Assembly: GCA_049903315.1 (NCBI GenBank)
Contig: JBNGBT010000001.1
Span: 352,001 to 416,000, forward strand
Direction: 5' to 3'
DNA: 64,000 bases
Source: Candidatus Cloacimonadota bacterium
GTDB taxonomy: Bacteria > Cloacimonadota > Cloacimonadia > JGIOTU-2
Shown: positions 52,185-61,895 of the stretch, piece by piece
How positions within the stretch are numbered: position 1 is the stretch's first letter
Layout: each line of letters opens with the position of its first letter
The notes under the pieces: generated by a model
What the model saw: the letters and a program-made list of their open reading frames with translations, nothing else
What the model was told of the DNA's origin: nothing
Database searches by the model: none
Program-made: the position numbers and the translations under genes

Positions 52185-53276
52185 TTACTGATTTAATAGC
52201 CATAAGAAAAATTTTTCATACTTATCGATTGTTTTCTCAATAGTGAAGCGTCTCATTAGCATCTCTTTTGCATTTTTCGATAATCTTAAACGTTCTTCTA
52301 GTGAACTAGCTAATATAATAACAAAGTCAGATAGTTCTTTTATGTTGTTATTTTCGAATAATAAACCTGTAGTATTGTGATTTATAAGATCGATGTTACC
52401 TGCTGCTTTAGTTGCAATTATTGGTACATTCAAGAAGATAGATTCTAATAATGACTGAGAAAGACCTTCTGTGATTGACGGAAGGATGAAGATGTCAAAC
52501 AATCTATAAAAATCTAGTACATCATCTGGTGGTATTTTTCCAAGGAAATATAAGGTATGATTATCAGGCAATGAGTTGATTAATTTTTCATTAAGATCTT
52601 TAATTGTAATACCGATAAAAAAGACCTTAAAGGACATGGATTTTATTAAATTTAACGCATTTATAAGTTGCTCTTGCTGTTTATGTCTTGAGACACATCC
52701 AATAACGATGTCACCATTTCTAATAGTAAAACGATCCTTTAATTGGTTTATATCTTTAGAAGGTGTATTAGCATATTTTTCAACTGGTGTGCCATTATAA
52801 ATAACTTTAATATGATTGTAAGGTATAAGGAGAGTGCGATGTAGAGCTCTTTTAATACCATTACTTACAGCAACGATTTTATTTGTTCCAATTGTATAAA
52901 ATAATCCCTGAATAAAACTACCGCTGCTCTTCGGCACTTGCCTTCTCGTATGGACCAATTTGAGATTAAAGCCATATAACCACTTTGTAAAAATAGATAA
53001 ATATCTGTCGATGCTTGCTTGAGCATTTACTATTTGTATATTATGTTTTTTTACTATATAGGCAATCAGTTTGATGGATTTTAGATCAATCTTGCTTTTG
53101 AGCGGAATAGCAATTAAATGAACATTCGAACAGGCGAACATTTTATAAAGAAGAGTATTTTTTCTACAACCAAGATATACATTATGTCCCCTCCTTGCGA
53201 GTCCTTCACATAGGTATTTTATTGAAAAAGAAGATCCAGCGATATTTCCCTGATATGAAAGGAATAAGATATTCAT
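52185..53276 (-). CDS. Family 4 glycosyltransferase
   Basis: VIYNG, DIFILPSITEGLSQSLLES and TGLLF. Very AT-rich. Confidence 0.88.
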   Translation of the reverse strand: MNILFLSYQGNIAGSSFSIKYLCEGLARRGHNVYLGCRKNTLLYKMFACSNVHLIAIPLKSKIDLKSIKLIAYIVKKHNIQIVNAQASIDRYLSIFTKWLYGFNLKLVHTRRQVPKSSGSFIQGLFYTIGTNKIVAVSNGIKRALHRTLLIPYNHIKVIYNGTPVEKYANTPSKDINQLKDRFTIRNGDIVIGCVSRHKQQEQLINALNLIKSMSFKVFFIGITIKDLNEKLINSLPDNHTLYFLGKIPPDDVLDFYRLFDIFILPSITEGLSQSLLESIFLNVPIIATKAAGNIDLINHNTTGLLFENNNIKELSDFVIILASSLEERLRLSKNAKEMLMRRFTIEKTIDKYEKFFLWLLNQ

Positions 53277-53277
53277 A

Positions 53278-54279
53278 TTATTGTGTGCTAAAAAATATCT
53301 TGATTTTCTGAAAAATTTCTTCGGGTTTGATCAGCTTCATACAGTTGTGGTGCCCTTGAGGACATTTCTGTCCACCATGTAGAGAACAAGGTCTGCAAGG
53401 AATATTTACTTCAAATACTATGTCTCTTTCTCTATTTGGAAAGAATCCATATTGTTTTACAGTTGGCCCAAAGATCGCAAAAACATCAGTCTTCATTGCA
53501 TTAGCAATATGAACAGCTCCGCAGTCATTACTAATGAGAAGGTCACATTTTTGTAGAATTGCTGCTGATTCTAGAACCGTTGTGTGTCCTGCAATATTTA
53601 TTGCATCACTCTCCGGTTTGATCCTATCACAAAGATCCATTTCTTCAGGACTGCCTACTAATATGATAGAGAAACCTGCTTCAGTAAGATTTTTTGCAAG
53701 TTCTTGATAATATGTTTCCAACCATCTTTTGGTATGCCATACAGAGCCCGGAGCAAAAGCAATCTTCTTTTTAGCCTGATCAAGACCGGAAAGTAAGATA
53801 TCAGCTTTTTCAAAATCATCAGCATCTGGAAATAGTTCGGTTTGAATATCAAACACTTCTGTTGAAAATGGTGTGAGGAGATCAAGGTTTTTCTGTATAC
53901 GATGTACTTGTTTTCTGAATTGAACTCTATGCGTCAGCAATAATGATGATAACCATCTTTTAAATCCAACTCGTGTTTTAATATGAGAGAAGAAGACAAG
54001 GAAGGATGTGGTCATCGAGCTGTGCGGTAATAAAGCGATGTCATAGTGCTTTTTCCTAAGTATAGATAATGTCTTTATGAAGTTAACGATCTTATGCTTT
54101 CTCTTATCAAAGACAAGTATCTCATTGATGTGAGGATTTTGCTTCAACACGTCCTGAGTTTGGGGTATGACAAGAACATCGATTTCGCTGTTAGGGAAAA
54201 GTATTTTCGTTGCTCTTATAAGGGGTGTTATAAGAATAACATCTCCAAGAAAAGCAGTGTGTATGATAAGTATTTTCAT
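53278..54279 (-). CDS. waaF: LPS heptosyltransferase II-like (GT9)
   Basis: AFLGDVILITP, APGSVWHTKRW, ISNDCGAVHIA, IFGPT and CRPCSLHGGQKCP. Confidence 0.8.
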   Translation of the reverse strand: MKILIIHTAFLGDVILITPLIRATKILFPNSEIDVLVIPQTQDVLKQNPHINEILVFDKRKHKIVNFIKTLSILRKKHYDIALLPHSSMTTSFLVFFSHIKTRVGFKRWLSSLLLTHRVQFRKQVHRIQKNLDLLTPFSTEVFDIQTELFPDADDFEKADILLSGLDQAKKKIAFAPGSVWHTKRWLETYYQELAKNLTEAGFSIILVGSPEEMDLCDRIKPESDAINIAGHTTVLESAAILQKCDLLISNDCGAVHIANAMKTDVFAIFGPTVKQYGFFPNRERDIVFEVNIPCRPCSLHGGQKCPQGHHNCMKLIKPEEIFQKIKIFFSTQ

Positions 54280-55367
54280 AGTAATTCTTTATATAAAGCC
54301 AAATATTTTTCCACAGTATTATTGATCGAGAAATTTTGTACAGATTCAAGAGCATTTCGCGCTAGCCGTTTTCTTAATTCTTCATCATTATACAATCGAA
54401 ATATTAATTTTACTAAAACTTCCGGATCATCAACAGGAATCAGGATTCCATTATGATTATTTTCTATTAATTCGGGGATACCGCCTGTATGAGTTGCAAT
54501 TACTGGCAAACCAGCAGCTTGAGCATCTAATATCGAGGAACCGAGTCCCTCCTGCTTAGAAGGGAGAACAAATAAATCTGAAATCTTCAGGAATAAGTTA
54601 ACATCTGTTTGAAATCCCATGAAGAGAAAATTTTCTCTTATGTGTAATGCTTCGACTTTCTGCTTGAGTTCATTCTCGTGCTTGCCGCTGCCAAGTGCGA
54701 TAAAATAAATATTATTATTCTTTTCAATGACCAATTTTGCTGCTTCGATCAATGACTCATATCCTTTATTCTTCTCCAAAGCGGCTATAGTTATGATAAT
54801 GAAACTATCCTGTGGGATGCGGAGCTTCTTCTTGAGCTCTGCTTTATTAGGAGTAGTATCGCTGGGGAAAAAAATCCCGCTTGGGATCGTAATGAGCTTT
54901 TTTGCATTGATACCTTGCTCAATCAATGAGTTCTTGATAAAATCAGAAATGCAGACAATTTTATCCAAATACGGATTTTGATATTTCCAGACACTGAATA
55001 AATTTTTTCTGATTGGATAGGCAACTCTTTTCGTATAGATCAGAGAAAATGCCGGATGGAATAATTTAGAAATAAGACCGATTGATAGGGCATGAGCGGT
55101 ATGAGCATGGAGGATGTTTGCCTGTTCTCGTTTCAGTAGTTTCGCGATTTTGAAAACTGCATGAATATCCATTTCTCCTTTCATCCTTATTTCAGTGTGA
55201 GGTAGATTTTTATTTCTGCAGAAGTCACTGAGGTTTGAACCGGGTTGACAGATAAGATGGGAATAGATGTTATAAGTACTGAGTTTATCCATAAGATATC
55301 CAACTTGGCGCTGACCACCCCTCCAGGTTTTTGAAGTATCTATATGAAAAATTCTCGGATTATTCAT
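54276..55367 (-). CDS. Family 4 glycosyltransferase
   Basis: WRGGQRQ, HAH, FVLPSKQEGLGSSILDA and GGIPE. Confidence 0.9.
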   Translation of the reverse strand: MNNPRIFHIDTSKTWRGGQRQVGYLMDKLSTYNIYSHLICQPGSNLSDFCRNKNLPHTEIRMKGEMDIHAVFKIAKLLKREQANILHAHTAHALSIGLISKLFHPAFSLIYTKRVAYPIRKNLFSVWKYQNPYLDKIVCISDFIKNSLIEQGINAKKLITIPSGIFFPSDTTPNKAELKKKLRIPQDSFIIITIAALEKNKGYESLIEAAKLVIEKNNNIYFIALGSGKHENELKQKVEALHIRENFLFMGFQTDVNLFLKISDLFVLPSKQEGLGSSILDAQAAGLPVIATHTGGIPELIENNHNGILIPVDDPEVLVKLIFRLYNDEELRKRLARNALESVQNFSINNTVEKYLALYKELL

Positions 55368-56292
55368 TGCTTGATTTATACAACTCTTTAAATTTGTTAA
55401 TAATTATATCAACCGATATATCATTGATGTTACCTGTATGGGATACTATCTTTCGTGATGACGGAGTGTTATAAAACCACTGGCTTACAGGACCACCAAT
55501 TTTATCGCCTTCGTCTTTGAAGAGTACTATCCTTGGCACATCATAGATATGAGCAAAATGTACGGGACCGCAATCGTTAGAAACGATATATTTTGATTTG
55601 AAAATTAGTTCCTTAAGAGATATAATATCCAGATCGATGAATAGCTTAAATTCTTCTGATAATGGTTCCAGCGAATTTAAAAGATTTTTATAGTGGGATT
55701 GGATAACAAAAGCTACAGGTATTGATTTATTGATTTCCTTTGCTACTTTTACGAAGTTATTGATATCATACATCTTTTCTATCCTGCCGGCTACTGGTAT
55801 GAATAGACAACTATCATCTTTAATCGTTTGGGAAATGCCCGGTTCAAGATCAGTTTTTCCAAGGATTTTAAGATAATTGAATGAGATATATTCAGATATA
55901 TCAAATGGAATTTTTTTCTTAAGTAAAAAACTTGTTGATGATGTGAAACCAATAGAATTTCTTGTATGTATTCTATTTGCTAAAATATTACACCTAAAGG
56001 ATTCCTTACGAAGCTGAAAAACAGAAGCTGGAGAGATAGTTTTTAAATTTCTAATGAGTGATAGGATATGTTGGGGATTGTTTTTATATTTACCATAAAT
56101 AATTGTTTCATCGATACAACCAAATATTTTAAGATAAGATGTAGAAGCTTCGTTTGGTGCTACTCCTATGATTTGATGACCGGTATATTCCTTTCTTAAT
56201 TCTTCGAAAAAGGGGATTTGAGCAATCTGTCTTCCAAGAAAAGGTTTGTTTTCAAGGAACACTATTATTGGAGCTTTTTCATTTTTCATCAT
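55360..56292 (-). CDS. Divergent family 9 glycosyltransferase
   Basis: VSNDCGPVHFA GT9 motif. AT-rich. Confidence 0.7.
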   Translation of the reverse strand: MMKNEKAPIIVFLENKPFLGRQIAQIPFFEELRKEYTGHQIIGVAPNEASTSYLKIFGCIDETIIYGKYKNNPQHILSLIRNLKTISPASVFQLRKESFRCNILANRIHTRNSIGFTSSTSFLLKKKIPFDISEYISFNYLKILGKTDLEPGISQTIKDDSCLFIPVAGRIEKMYDINNFVKVAKEINKSIPVAFVIQSHYKNLLNSLEPLSEEFKLFIDLDIISLKELIFKSKYIVSNDCGPVHFAHIYDVPRIVLFKDEGDKIGGPVSQWFYNTPSSRKIVSHTGNINDISVDIIINKFKELYKSSNE

Positions 56293-56312
56293 TTAGGCAT
56301 TTAAGCAAAAAT

Positions 56313-57263
56313 TTAGATATCAAAAAGAATGAAGTTTTTAAAGTACCCGATCTGATTACCTCTATTCAGATTATTTTCTAAGAAGGTTAATAACTGATTT
56401 CTAAATTTTTCATGCTTGTATTTTTCTCGCAAAGGATTTGGTTTGCCTGTGAACTGAAGTTTATCCTGCCAGTTGAATTCAGATAATTTTTTCTCCATTA
56501 CCGCAGGATGAGTTCCACGGAATGTTGCCAATTTATTCAATGGTCCATAATCGAAATAGCTATCCAACTTATCGTAATGCTCTTTTGCCCTTTTTGAACC
56601 CCAGTGATTTGTATGGAAATACCTTCTTTTATTCTGCATCAGATGAGGGGGGCGCACCCATCCATAGTGATACACATAAGCATCAATAAGCGCAACTTTC
56701 AACTTATATGTATCCTCTTGTTGTCTATAATTAATGCCATCAAAATGAGGGATTCTTCTAAAGGATTGAGCTGATTCCCACGAATGGATATCCGGATCAT
56801 TCCTTATAATTCTGATCTCATAAGGATACCATCCATGGCTTTTATGATAATGAGAGTAATCTCCCCAGAAGTGAAAATATTTAAAAAGCAATCCTTCGAC
56901 TTCAGGATTTTCCAATAAATCCTCACATCGCTTATGAATAATGGACAGATCTTTCTCATGGATAACTTCGTCTCCCTGCAGATAAAAAAGCCAATCTCCT
57001 GTGCAGGCATTTTTAGCAATATCAGTTTGATGAGCATGCTCCATTCCTCGAGGAAATTTCTCAATATCCCAAACAGTATCAATAATCCTTATCTTAGGTG
57101 AGTTTATTGCTTCGATTTTTTTTCTGGATGTATCGTCTTGATCACCTTTGCCCACGGCAATGACAAATTCATCCACAAGTGGCAGAATAGATTTAATTGT
57201 TTCAACAACAGGATAATAGAGTTTTACCCCATTTCGAACAAAAGAGAAACCGCTTATCTTCAT
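56313..57263 (-). CDS. GT2-like glycosyltransferase
   Basis: MKISGFSFVRNG..LYYP, GDWLFYLQGDEVIHE and YHYGWVR. Confidence 0.8.
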   Translation of the reverse strand: MKISGFSFVRNGVKLYYPVVETIKSILPLVDEFVIAVGKGDQDDTSRKKIEAINSPKIRIIDTVWDIEKFPRGMEHAHQTDIAKNACTGDWLFYLQGDEVIHEKDLSIIHKRCEDLLENPEVEGLLFKYFHFWGDYSHYHKSHGWYPYEIRIIRNDPDIHSWESAQSFRRIPHFDGINYRQQEDTYKLKVALIDAYVYHYGWVRPPHLMQNKRRYFHTNHWGSKRAKEHYDKLDSYFDYGPLNKLATFRGTHPAVMEKKLSEFNWQDKLQFTGKPNPLREKYKHEKFRNQLLTFLENNLNRGNQIGYFKNFILFDI

Positions 57264-57303
57264 GTTTTTAAATATCTCTCTACATATCATTTATTAATGT
57301 AAT

Positions 57304-57708
57304 TTAACATTTTTTATTTTTTTTTGAGTTTATATGATCTTTGAGTATGGTTGTAGAGATTTCAGGTGTTCTTTCCAGATATACAACTTCGCAGTATTCC
57401 TTCAGAAAGTCGAATTTGCCTTCCCAGTCGTTGCCCATTATGAATACATCGACATCGTGCTTAAGGATATCGTCTATTTTTTGATCCCAGCCATTTTCCG
57501 GTATCACTTCATCGACATATCTGATTGATTTTATAATTTCAGCGCGATGTGCGAATGGTTGCACACATTTTTTCCCTTTGATAAGATTGAATTCATCGGT
57601 TGATATCCCCACGATAAGATAGTCACCAAATTCTTTTGCGCGTTTAAGTAATCGAAAATGCCCGTAATGAAGGAGGTCATAAGTGCCGTAAGTAAGTATT
57701 TTTTTCAT
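57304..57708 (-). CDS. tagD: Glycerol-3-phosphate cytidylyltransferase
   Basis: TYGTYDLLHYGH, STDEFN, IRYVDEVIPE, MGNDWEGKFD and RTPEISTT. Confidence 0.9.
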   Translation of the reverse strand: MKKILTYGTYDLLHYGHFRLLKRAKEFGDYLIVGISTDEFNLIKGKKCVQPFAHRAEIIKSIRYVDEVIPENGWDQKIDDILKHDVDVFIMGNDWEGKFDFLKEYCEVVYLERTPEISTTILKDHINSKKNKKC

Positions 57709-57716
57709 ATTTTTCT

Positions 57717-58793
57717 CTAATAAATCTTAGCTTTTTCAGAACCAGTAAGAACTCTCAATCCGGCTTCAGCCAGCGCTTCCATTTCACCTTCACCGGGAAA
57801 AAGATAGATTGGAGCGATAAACGCTGTGCGTTCCTGTATCCAGCCGGTAAGATATTTATCATATGCAAGTCCACCAGTAAGAAATATAGCATCAACTTTC
57901 CCTTTAAGCACGGTTGCATATGCCCCAATCTCTTTAGAAATCTGATATGCCATTGCTTCAAGGATCTGGCGGAATTTTTTATTACCTTTTGCAACTTCTT
58001 TTTCAATTTCAATATCATTATCTGTACCAAGATAACCGATTAAGCCACTGGACTTTGTGAATATTTTCTCAATCTCGGTTTTTGTGTATTTACCGGAAAA
58101 ACACATGTCAATTATTCCACTCAAGGGAAGTGCACCAGCTCGTTGTGGAGAAAAAGGTCCCATTCCGAGAAGAGCATTATTAACATCTACAACCTTTCCT
58201 TGCTTTATAGCTGCAACACTTATTCCACCACCCATGTGAGCAGCAACAAAATTGCATTCATCGAAAACTTTATTGAGTTTCTTTGCAGTTTTACGTGCGA
58301 TAGCTCTTATGTTCAAAGCATGAAAAAGACTTTGTCTGACAATTCCGGGAACGCCGGAAATTCGGGCAATGTCCTCCATCTCATCGACAGTTACAGGATC
58401 AGCAACATAGCATGGAATATGAAGCTCTTCGGAGATTGATTTTGCTATAAAAGCTCCCAAATTTGATGCATGGACTCTTCCGCAAATTGTTGGATCTTTC
58501 AGATCAGCAAGCATTTTTAGATTAATTTCAAATACTCCGCTTGGTACCGGTCGCAAAAGACCTCCACGACTTACAATTGCATCAAGTGAATCAAGAGGGA
58601 TGTCATTTTCTTCAAGAGCTTCTTCAACAATATTTTTTCTGAACTCAAACTGATCGATCAGTTCTTCAAAGGGAGAAAGTTCTTCCGGGGTGTGATTGAG
58701 TGTTTTTTTGAATACTTCTTTATTATTCTCAAATACTGCTATTTTTGTGGATGTTGAGCCGGGATTAATTACAAGAATGCGAAAATCAGGCAT
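57717..58793 (-). CDS. buk: Butyrate (branched-chain carboxylate) kinase
   Basis: ILVINPGSTSTK, RGGLL, HASNLG, DPVTVDE, FHALN and HMGGGIS. GGAGG RBS precedes the ATG at 58793. Confidence 0.93.
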   Translation of the reverse strand: MPDFRILVINPGSTSTKIAVFENNKEVFKKTLNHTPEELSPFEELIDQFEFRKNIVEEALEENDIPLDSLDAIVSRGGLLRPVPSGVFEINLKMLADLKDPTICGRVHASNLGAFIAKSISEELHIPCYVADPVTVDEMEDIARISGVPGIVRQSLFHALNIRAIARKTAKKLNKVFDECNFVAAHMGGGISVAAIKQGKVVDVNNALLGMGPFSPQRAGALPLSGIIDMCFSGKYTKTEIEKIFTKSSGLIGYLGTDNDIEIEKEVAKGNKKFRQILEAMAYQISKEIGAYATVLKGKVDAIFLTGGLAYDKYLTGWIQERTAFIAPIYLFPGEGEMEALAEAGLRVLTGSEKAKIY

Positions 58794-58846
58794 GCATCCT
58801 CCAAAATTTTTTCCCAAAATCTCTTGAAGATTTATAAGTGGTCAAT

Positions 58847-58873
58847 AAAAAAACCCCGCTCATAGGCGGGGTT
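58847..58873 (-). terminator. Rho-independent terminator of the tandem barrel genes
   Basis: AACCCCGC-N6-GCGGGGTT stem followed by a T run on the minus strand. Confidence 0.85.
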
Positions 58874-58895
58874 AAAACTTATTTACGTTTTATAC

Positions 58896-59831
58896 TTAAA
58901 ACAAGAATCCAAATTCGAGGGTGAGGGCACCACCAAAGTCCTTATCAAATCCGGCTTCGGTTTTCTTCATAGAATCATAATTGTATTCGAGTTTCATAAA
59001 TGCACTCTTCATAGGTTTCATATTGAGACCTGCGATGAAGTTAAAATCTTTCATCTCATTCTTTGAGAAATACCCAATGTAGGGTTTGATCAATTTAACG
59101 TACGGAGCCATGAAACCTTTTTCATAAGTAACCATGCCCCAGAGAGTGAGGTCGTCAGTATTTTTGTTGTCGTCATCGAGATTGTAGGCTTGAAGATCAA
59201 ATCTTACCATGCTATCAAGCTTATAACAAACATCGACTCCCCAATCAATCATACGACTATCTTTAAACGCTTCTCTTGCACGTATTGATCCTCCAAGTCT
59301 CAGATTCTCAACATATTTTGTTTGAGCTCTGAAACCAAGTGTTGATGGTATATCCACTGTTCCTGCCGCATTACCCATGTCAGCCCAGTAAAGACTGAAG
59401 TAATGAGCAGCGCACCAGTCAATGGATAGCTTCACCATGAGTTCACTTGCAAAAGCACCTTGATAATCGTATGGTTCGTAAATACTGATGATATTCGAAG
59501 GTGCCTTCGGGAAGGAACCAAAATCACAATACATTTTTCCAAAGGATACTTTACCAATTATCCAAGGGTATTTTTGAAAGTATGAATAATAGGTTTTAAA
59601 CAGATCCAGCGATGCCCATGCTTGGTTAACGGTCAGTTCTGGAGTAGTCTCAGTTAGGCTTTTAATGCCAAAGGAAGTAAAATAATTATCACCCTTCCAG
59701 CATAGTCTCATATCGTTGAAATGCCAATATCGCTGGTGGGCTTGTGAAGTATAGTAAAAACTCACTTCATGAGCCATCAAATATGAACCTAGCAAAAGGA
59801 GAGTGATAAGAATCACAATAAATTTTTTCAT
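58896..59831 (-). CDS. Hypothetical outer-membrane beta-barrel protein, paralog 1
   Basis: AAGGAG RBS, signal peptide, aromatic-rich amphipathic strands and C-terminal LTLEFGFLF. Confidence 0.7.
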   Translation of the reverse strand: MKKFIVILITLLLLGSYLMAHEVSFYYTSQAHQRYWHFNDMRLCWKGDNYFTSFGIKSLTETTPELTVNQAWASLDLFKTYYSYFQKYPWIIGKVSFGKMYCDFGSFPKAPSNIISIYEPYDYQGAFASELMVKLSIDWCAAHYFSLYWADMGNAAGTVDIPSTLGFRAQTKYVENLRLGGSIRAREAFKDSRMIDWGVDVCYKLDSMVRFDLQAYNLDDDNKNTDDLTLWGMVTYEKGFMAPYVKLIKPYIGYFSKNEMKDFNFIAGLNMKPMKSAFMKLEYNYDSMKKTEAGFDKDFGGALTLEFGFLF

Positions 59832-59885
59832 AAATGTCTCCTTATCTTTCATTAATAATGAAGATTGGATTATAAATATTCATAA

Positions 59886-60782
59886 TTAAAATACATAACC
59901 TGCTTGGAGAGTAAGTATATTACTTCCGCTACCTACTGAGTTGCGGTTGTATTCTAATTTCATGAATACATTGTCCATAGGTTTCATATTTAGACCAACG
60001 ACGATATTATAGTCGTCCATAGCATTCTTTGAGAAGTAACCCGCATAGGGTCGAGTAAGTTTGACAAATGGAAGATCAAATCCTTTTTCATATGATACAA
60101 TACCGAACATGTCCATTTGGGTCGTATCAGTAGTAAGGTCTTTTTGAACGCTGTATCCCTGGATATTGATTTTCACGCTTTTTGCAAGAAGCCAGCAAAT
60201 GTCAGCACCAAATTCAACTATGTTACCAACATCAGGATAGTCCTTGTCATTTGAGATCAGGTTCTTACCTCTAACAGAACCACCAATTTTCAGATCAGCC
60301 ATACTATAAGTAAGACGGATTCCCATAAAAGATGGTTTATCCCATGGTTGATTCCATGCTATTCTACCGGCATCAGCCCAGTATGCCTGCCATCCAAAAT
60401 CACCAAACATACCACAAAAGTCCAGCATAACAGCAGATTCTTTGAGTCCTAAAGCTGTTGGCTGGAAAATACTGATTTCTTTAGAGGGCAGATTTTCGAA
60501 GTTACCAAAGGGATACCACACCATACCAACTTTTGCGCCAAAAGTCTTACCTCCAAATTTCATCCAGGCTTCATTCAAAACCAATGGATTCTGTCTTAGG
60601 AGTGGGGTGGCATTCAAATCTACACCCCAATTACCCTTGTACCAATCAAACCGAATACCATTGTCGGTGTAGTGCCAGTAGCGCTGATGAGCTTGACTTG
60701 TGTAATAGAAACTTACTTCACTTGCGATGGCAAAAGAAGTAATTACACACATTAAAAGAACAAACAACACAATCTTTTTCAT
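59886..60782 (-). CDS. Hypothetical outer-membrane beta-barrel protein, paralog 2
   Basis: AAAGGAG RBS, signal peptide and C-terminal LTLQAGYVF. Shares N- and C-terminal motifs with 58896..59831. Confidence 0.7.
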   Translation of the reverse strand: MKKIVLFVLLMCVITSFAIASEVSFYYTSQAHQRYWHYTDNGIRFDWYKGNWGVDLNATPLLRQNPLVLNEAWMKFGGKTFGAKVGMVWYPFGNFENLPSKEISIFQPTALGLKESAVMLDFCGMFGDFGWQAYWADAGRIAWNQPWDKPSFMGIRLTYSMADLKIGGSVRGKNLISNDKDYPDVGNIVEFGADICWLLAKSVKINIQGYSVQKDLTTDTTQMDMFGIVSYEKGFDLPFVKLTRPYAGYFSKNAMDDYNIVVGLNMKPMDNVFMKLEYNRNSVGSGSNILTLQAGYVF

Positions 60783-60932
60783 TCATTTCTCCTTTCATTT
60801 TCATACATAGAGAATGATTGAACAACCATAATTCCATGTCATACTTATGATTTTCTCTAATATTGAATTAATGAAAATTACTTTATTTGCCAAATACCTA
60901 TTATTCAAATATTTGTCAAATTTTTTATTATT

Positions 60933-61895
60933 TTAATGAAAAAATTCTAATCCAAGAGAAATTCTGTGAATATTATCCAAGTCTGAATTATTCTCAAATG
61001 CATACTGCAAAGTGTAATTTTTATACGAGATAAAAGCACCTGCAGTAAAATATTCTCTATCAATTCCACATGCGATTGAAAGGAAGGGGGCAAAATCAAG
61101 AAGCATGCCTGCATGGAAATCAAAGCTTGCTTTGCCAGCAGATAATTGGGCAGATTCCTTACGGTTTTCAAAATATATATCCGTTTGACACAGCAATCGT
61201 GAGGGTACATTTATAATTGGAAAAATAAATCCTGCACTTGCACCAGCAAAAATGTTTGGAGAAACGGTTTCTGTTTCACCATTTTTCCACCAGATTGTCG
61301 TTCCAATCATATCGCGAATATTCAGACCAACTTGAATTGCGTTATTAATTTTATATAGAAAGCCTGCATCAAGTCCAATTCCAGAAGCCTTAATATCACC
61401 GATTGTTCTGTAAATAAGTTTTGTAGTGACACCAAAAGTAATATTATTGTACAATTTTGAACTGAATGATAAATAACCAGTATAATCAGCATCGCTCACA
61501 TGTTTATATGCATAGGGAGGATTATGAACTGAAATGGTATCATTAGGATCTTCAAGCTCTGTAAGCGGAATGCCGGAAATGCCTGTTCGAGTAATGAGAA
61601 AACCAAATTTCTTTGATTCATCAAGGGGATAAATTGCGCTGACCGCATCATATTTTAGATTTCCTGCGTATTCTTCAGAATGCATAATATTAAAAGAAAG
61701 GTGATTGCAATAATAAATTCCTGCTGGATTCCAATAGGTTGCTGTAGGATCATCAGCGAGAGCAACAAAAGCATTTCCAAGGGCTCGGGATCTTACACCA
61801 ACTCCAATATTCAAAAATTCACCCGCATACTTATCTGCATAAGATATGCTACTAAAAATAAAGAGCACTATTAGTAGAATAAATATTTTTTTCAT
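60933..61895 (-). CDS. PorV/PorQ-family outer-membrane beta-barrel
   Basis: KYAGEFLNIGVGVRSRALG, ADDPTATYWNPAG and C-terminal HRISLGLEFFH. Confidence 0.78.
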   Translation of the reverse strand: MKKIFILLIVLFIFSSISYADKYAGEFLNIGVGVRSRALGNAFVALADDPTATYWNPAGIYYCNHLSFNIMHSEEYAGNLKYDAVSAIYPLDESKKFGFLITRTGISGIPLTELEDPNDTISVHNPPYAYKHVSDADYTGYLSFSSKLYNNITFGVTTKLIYRTIGDIKASGIGLDAGFLYKINNAIQVGLNIRDMIGTTIWWKNGETETVSPNIFAGASAGFIFPIINVPSRLLCQTDIYFENRKESAQLSAGKASFDFHAGMLLDFAPFLSIACGIDREYFTAGAFISYKNYTLQYAFENNSDLDNIHRISLGLEFFH

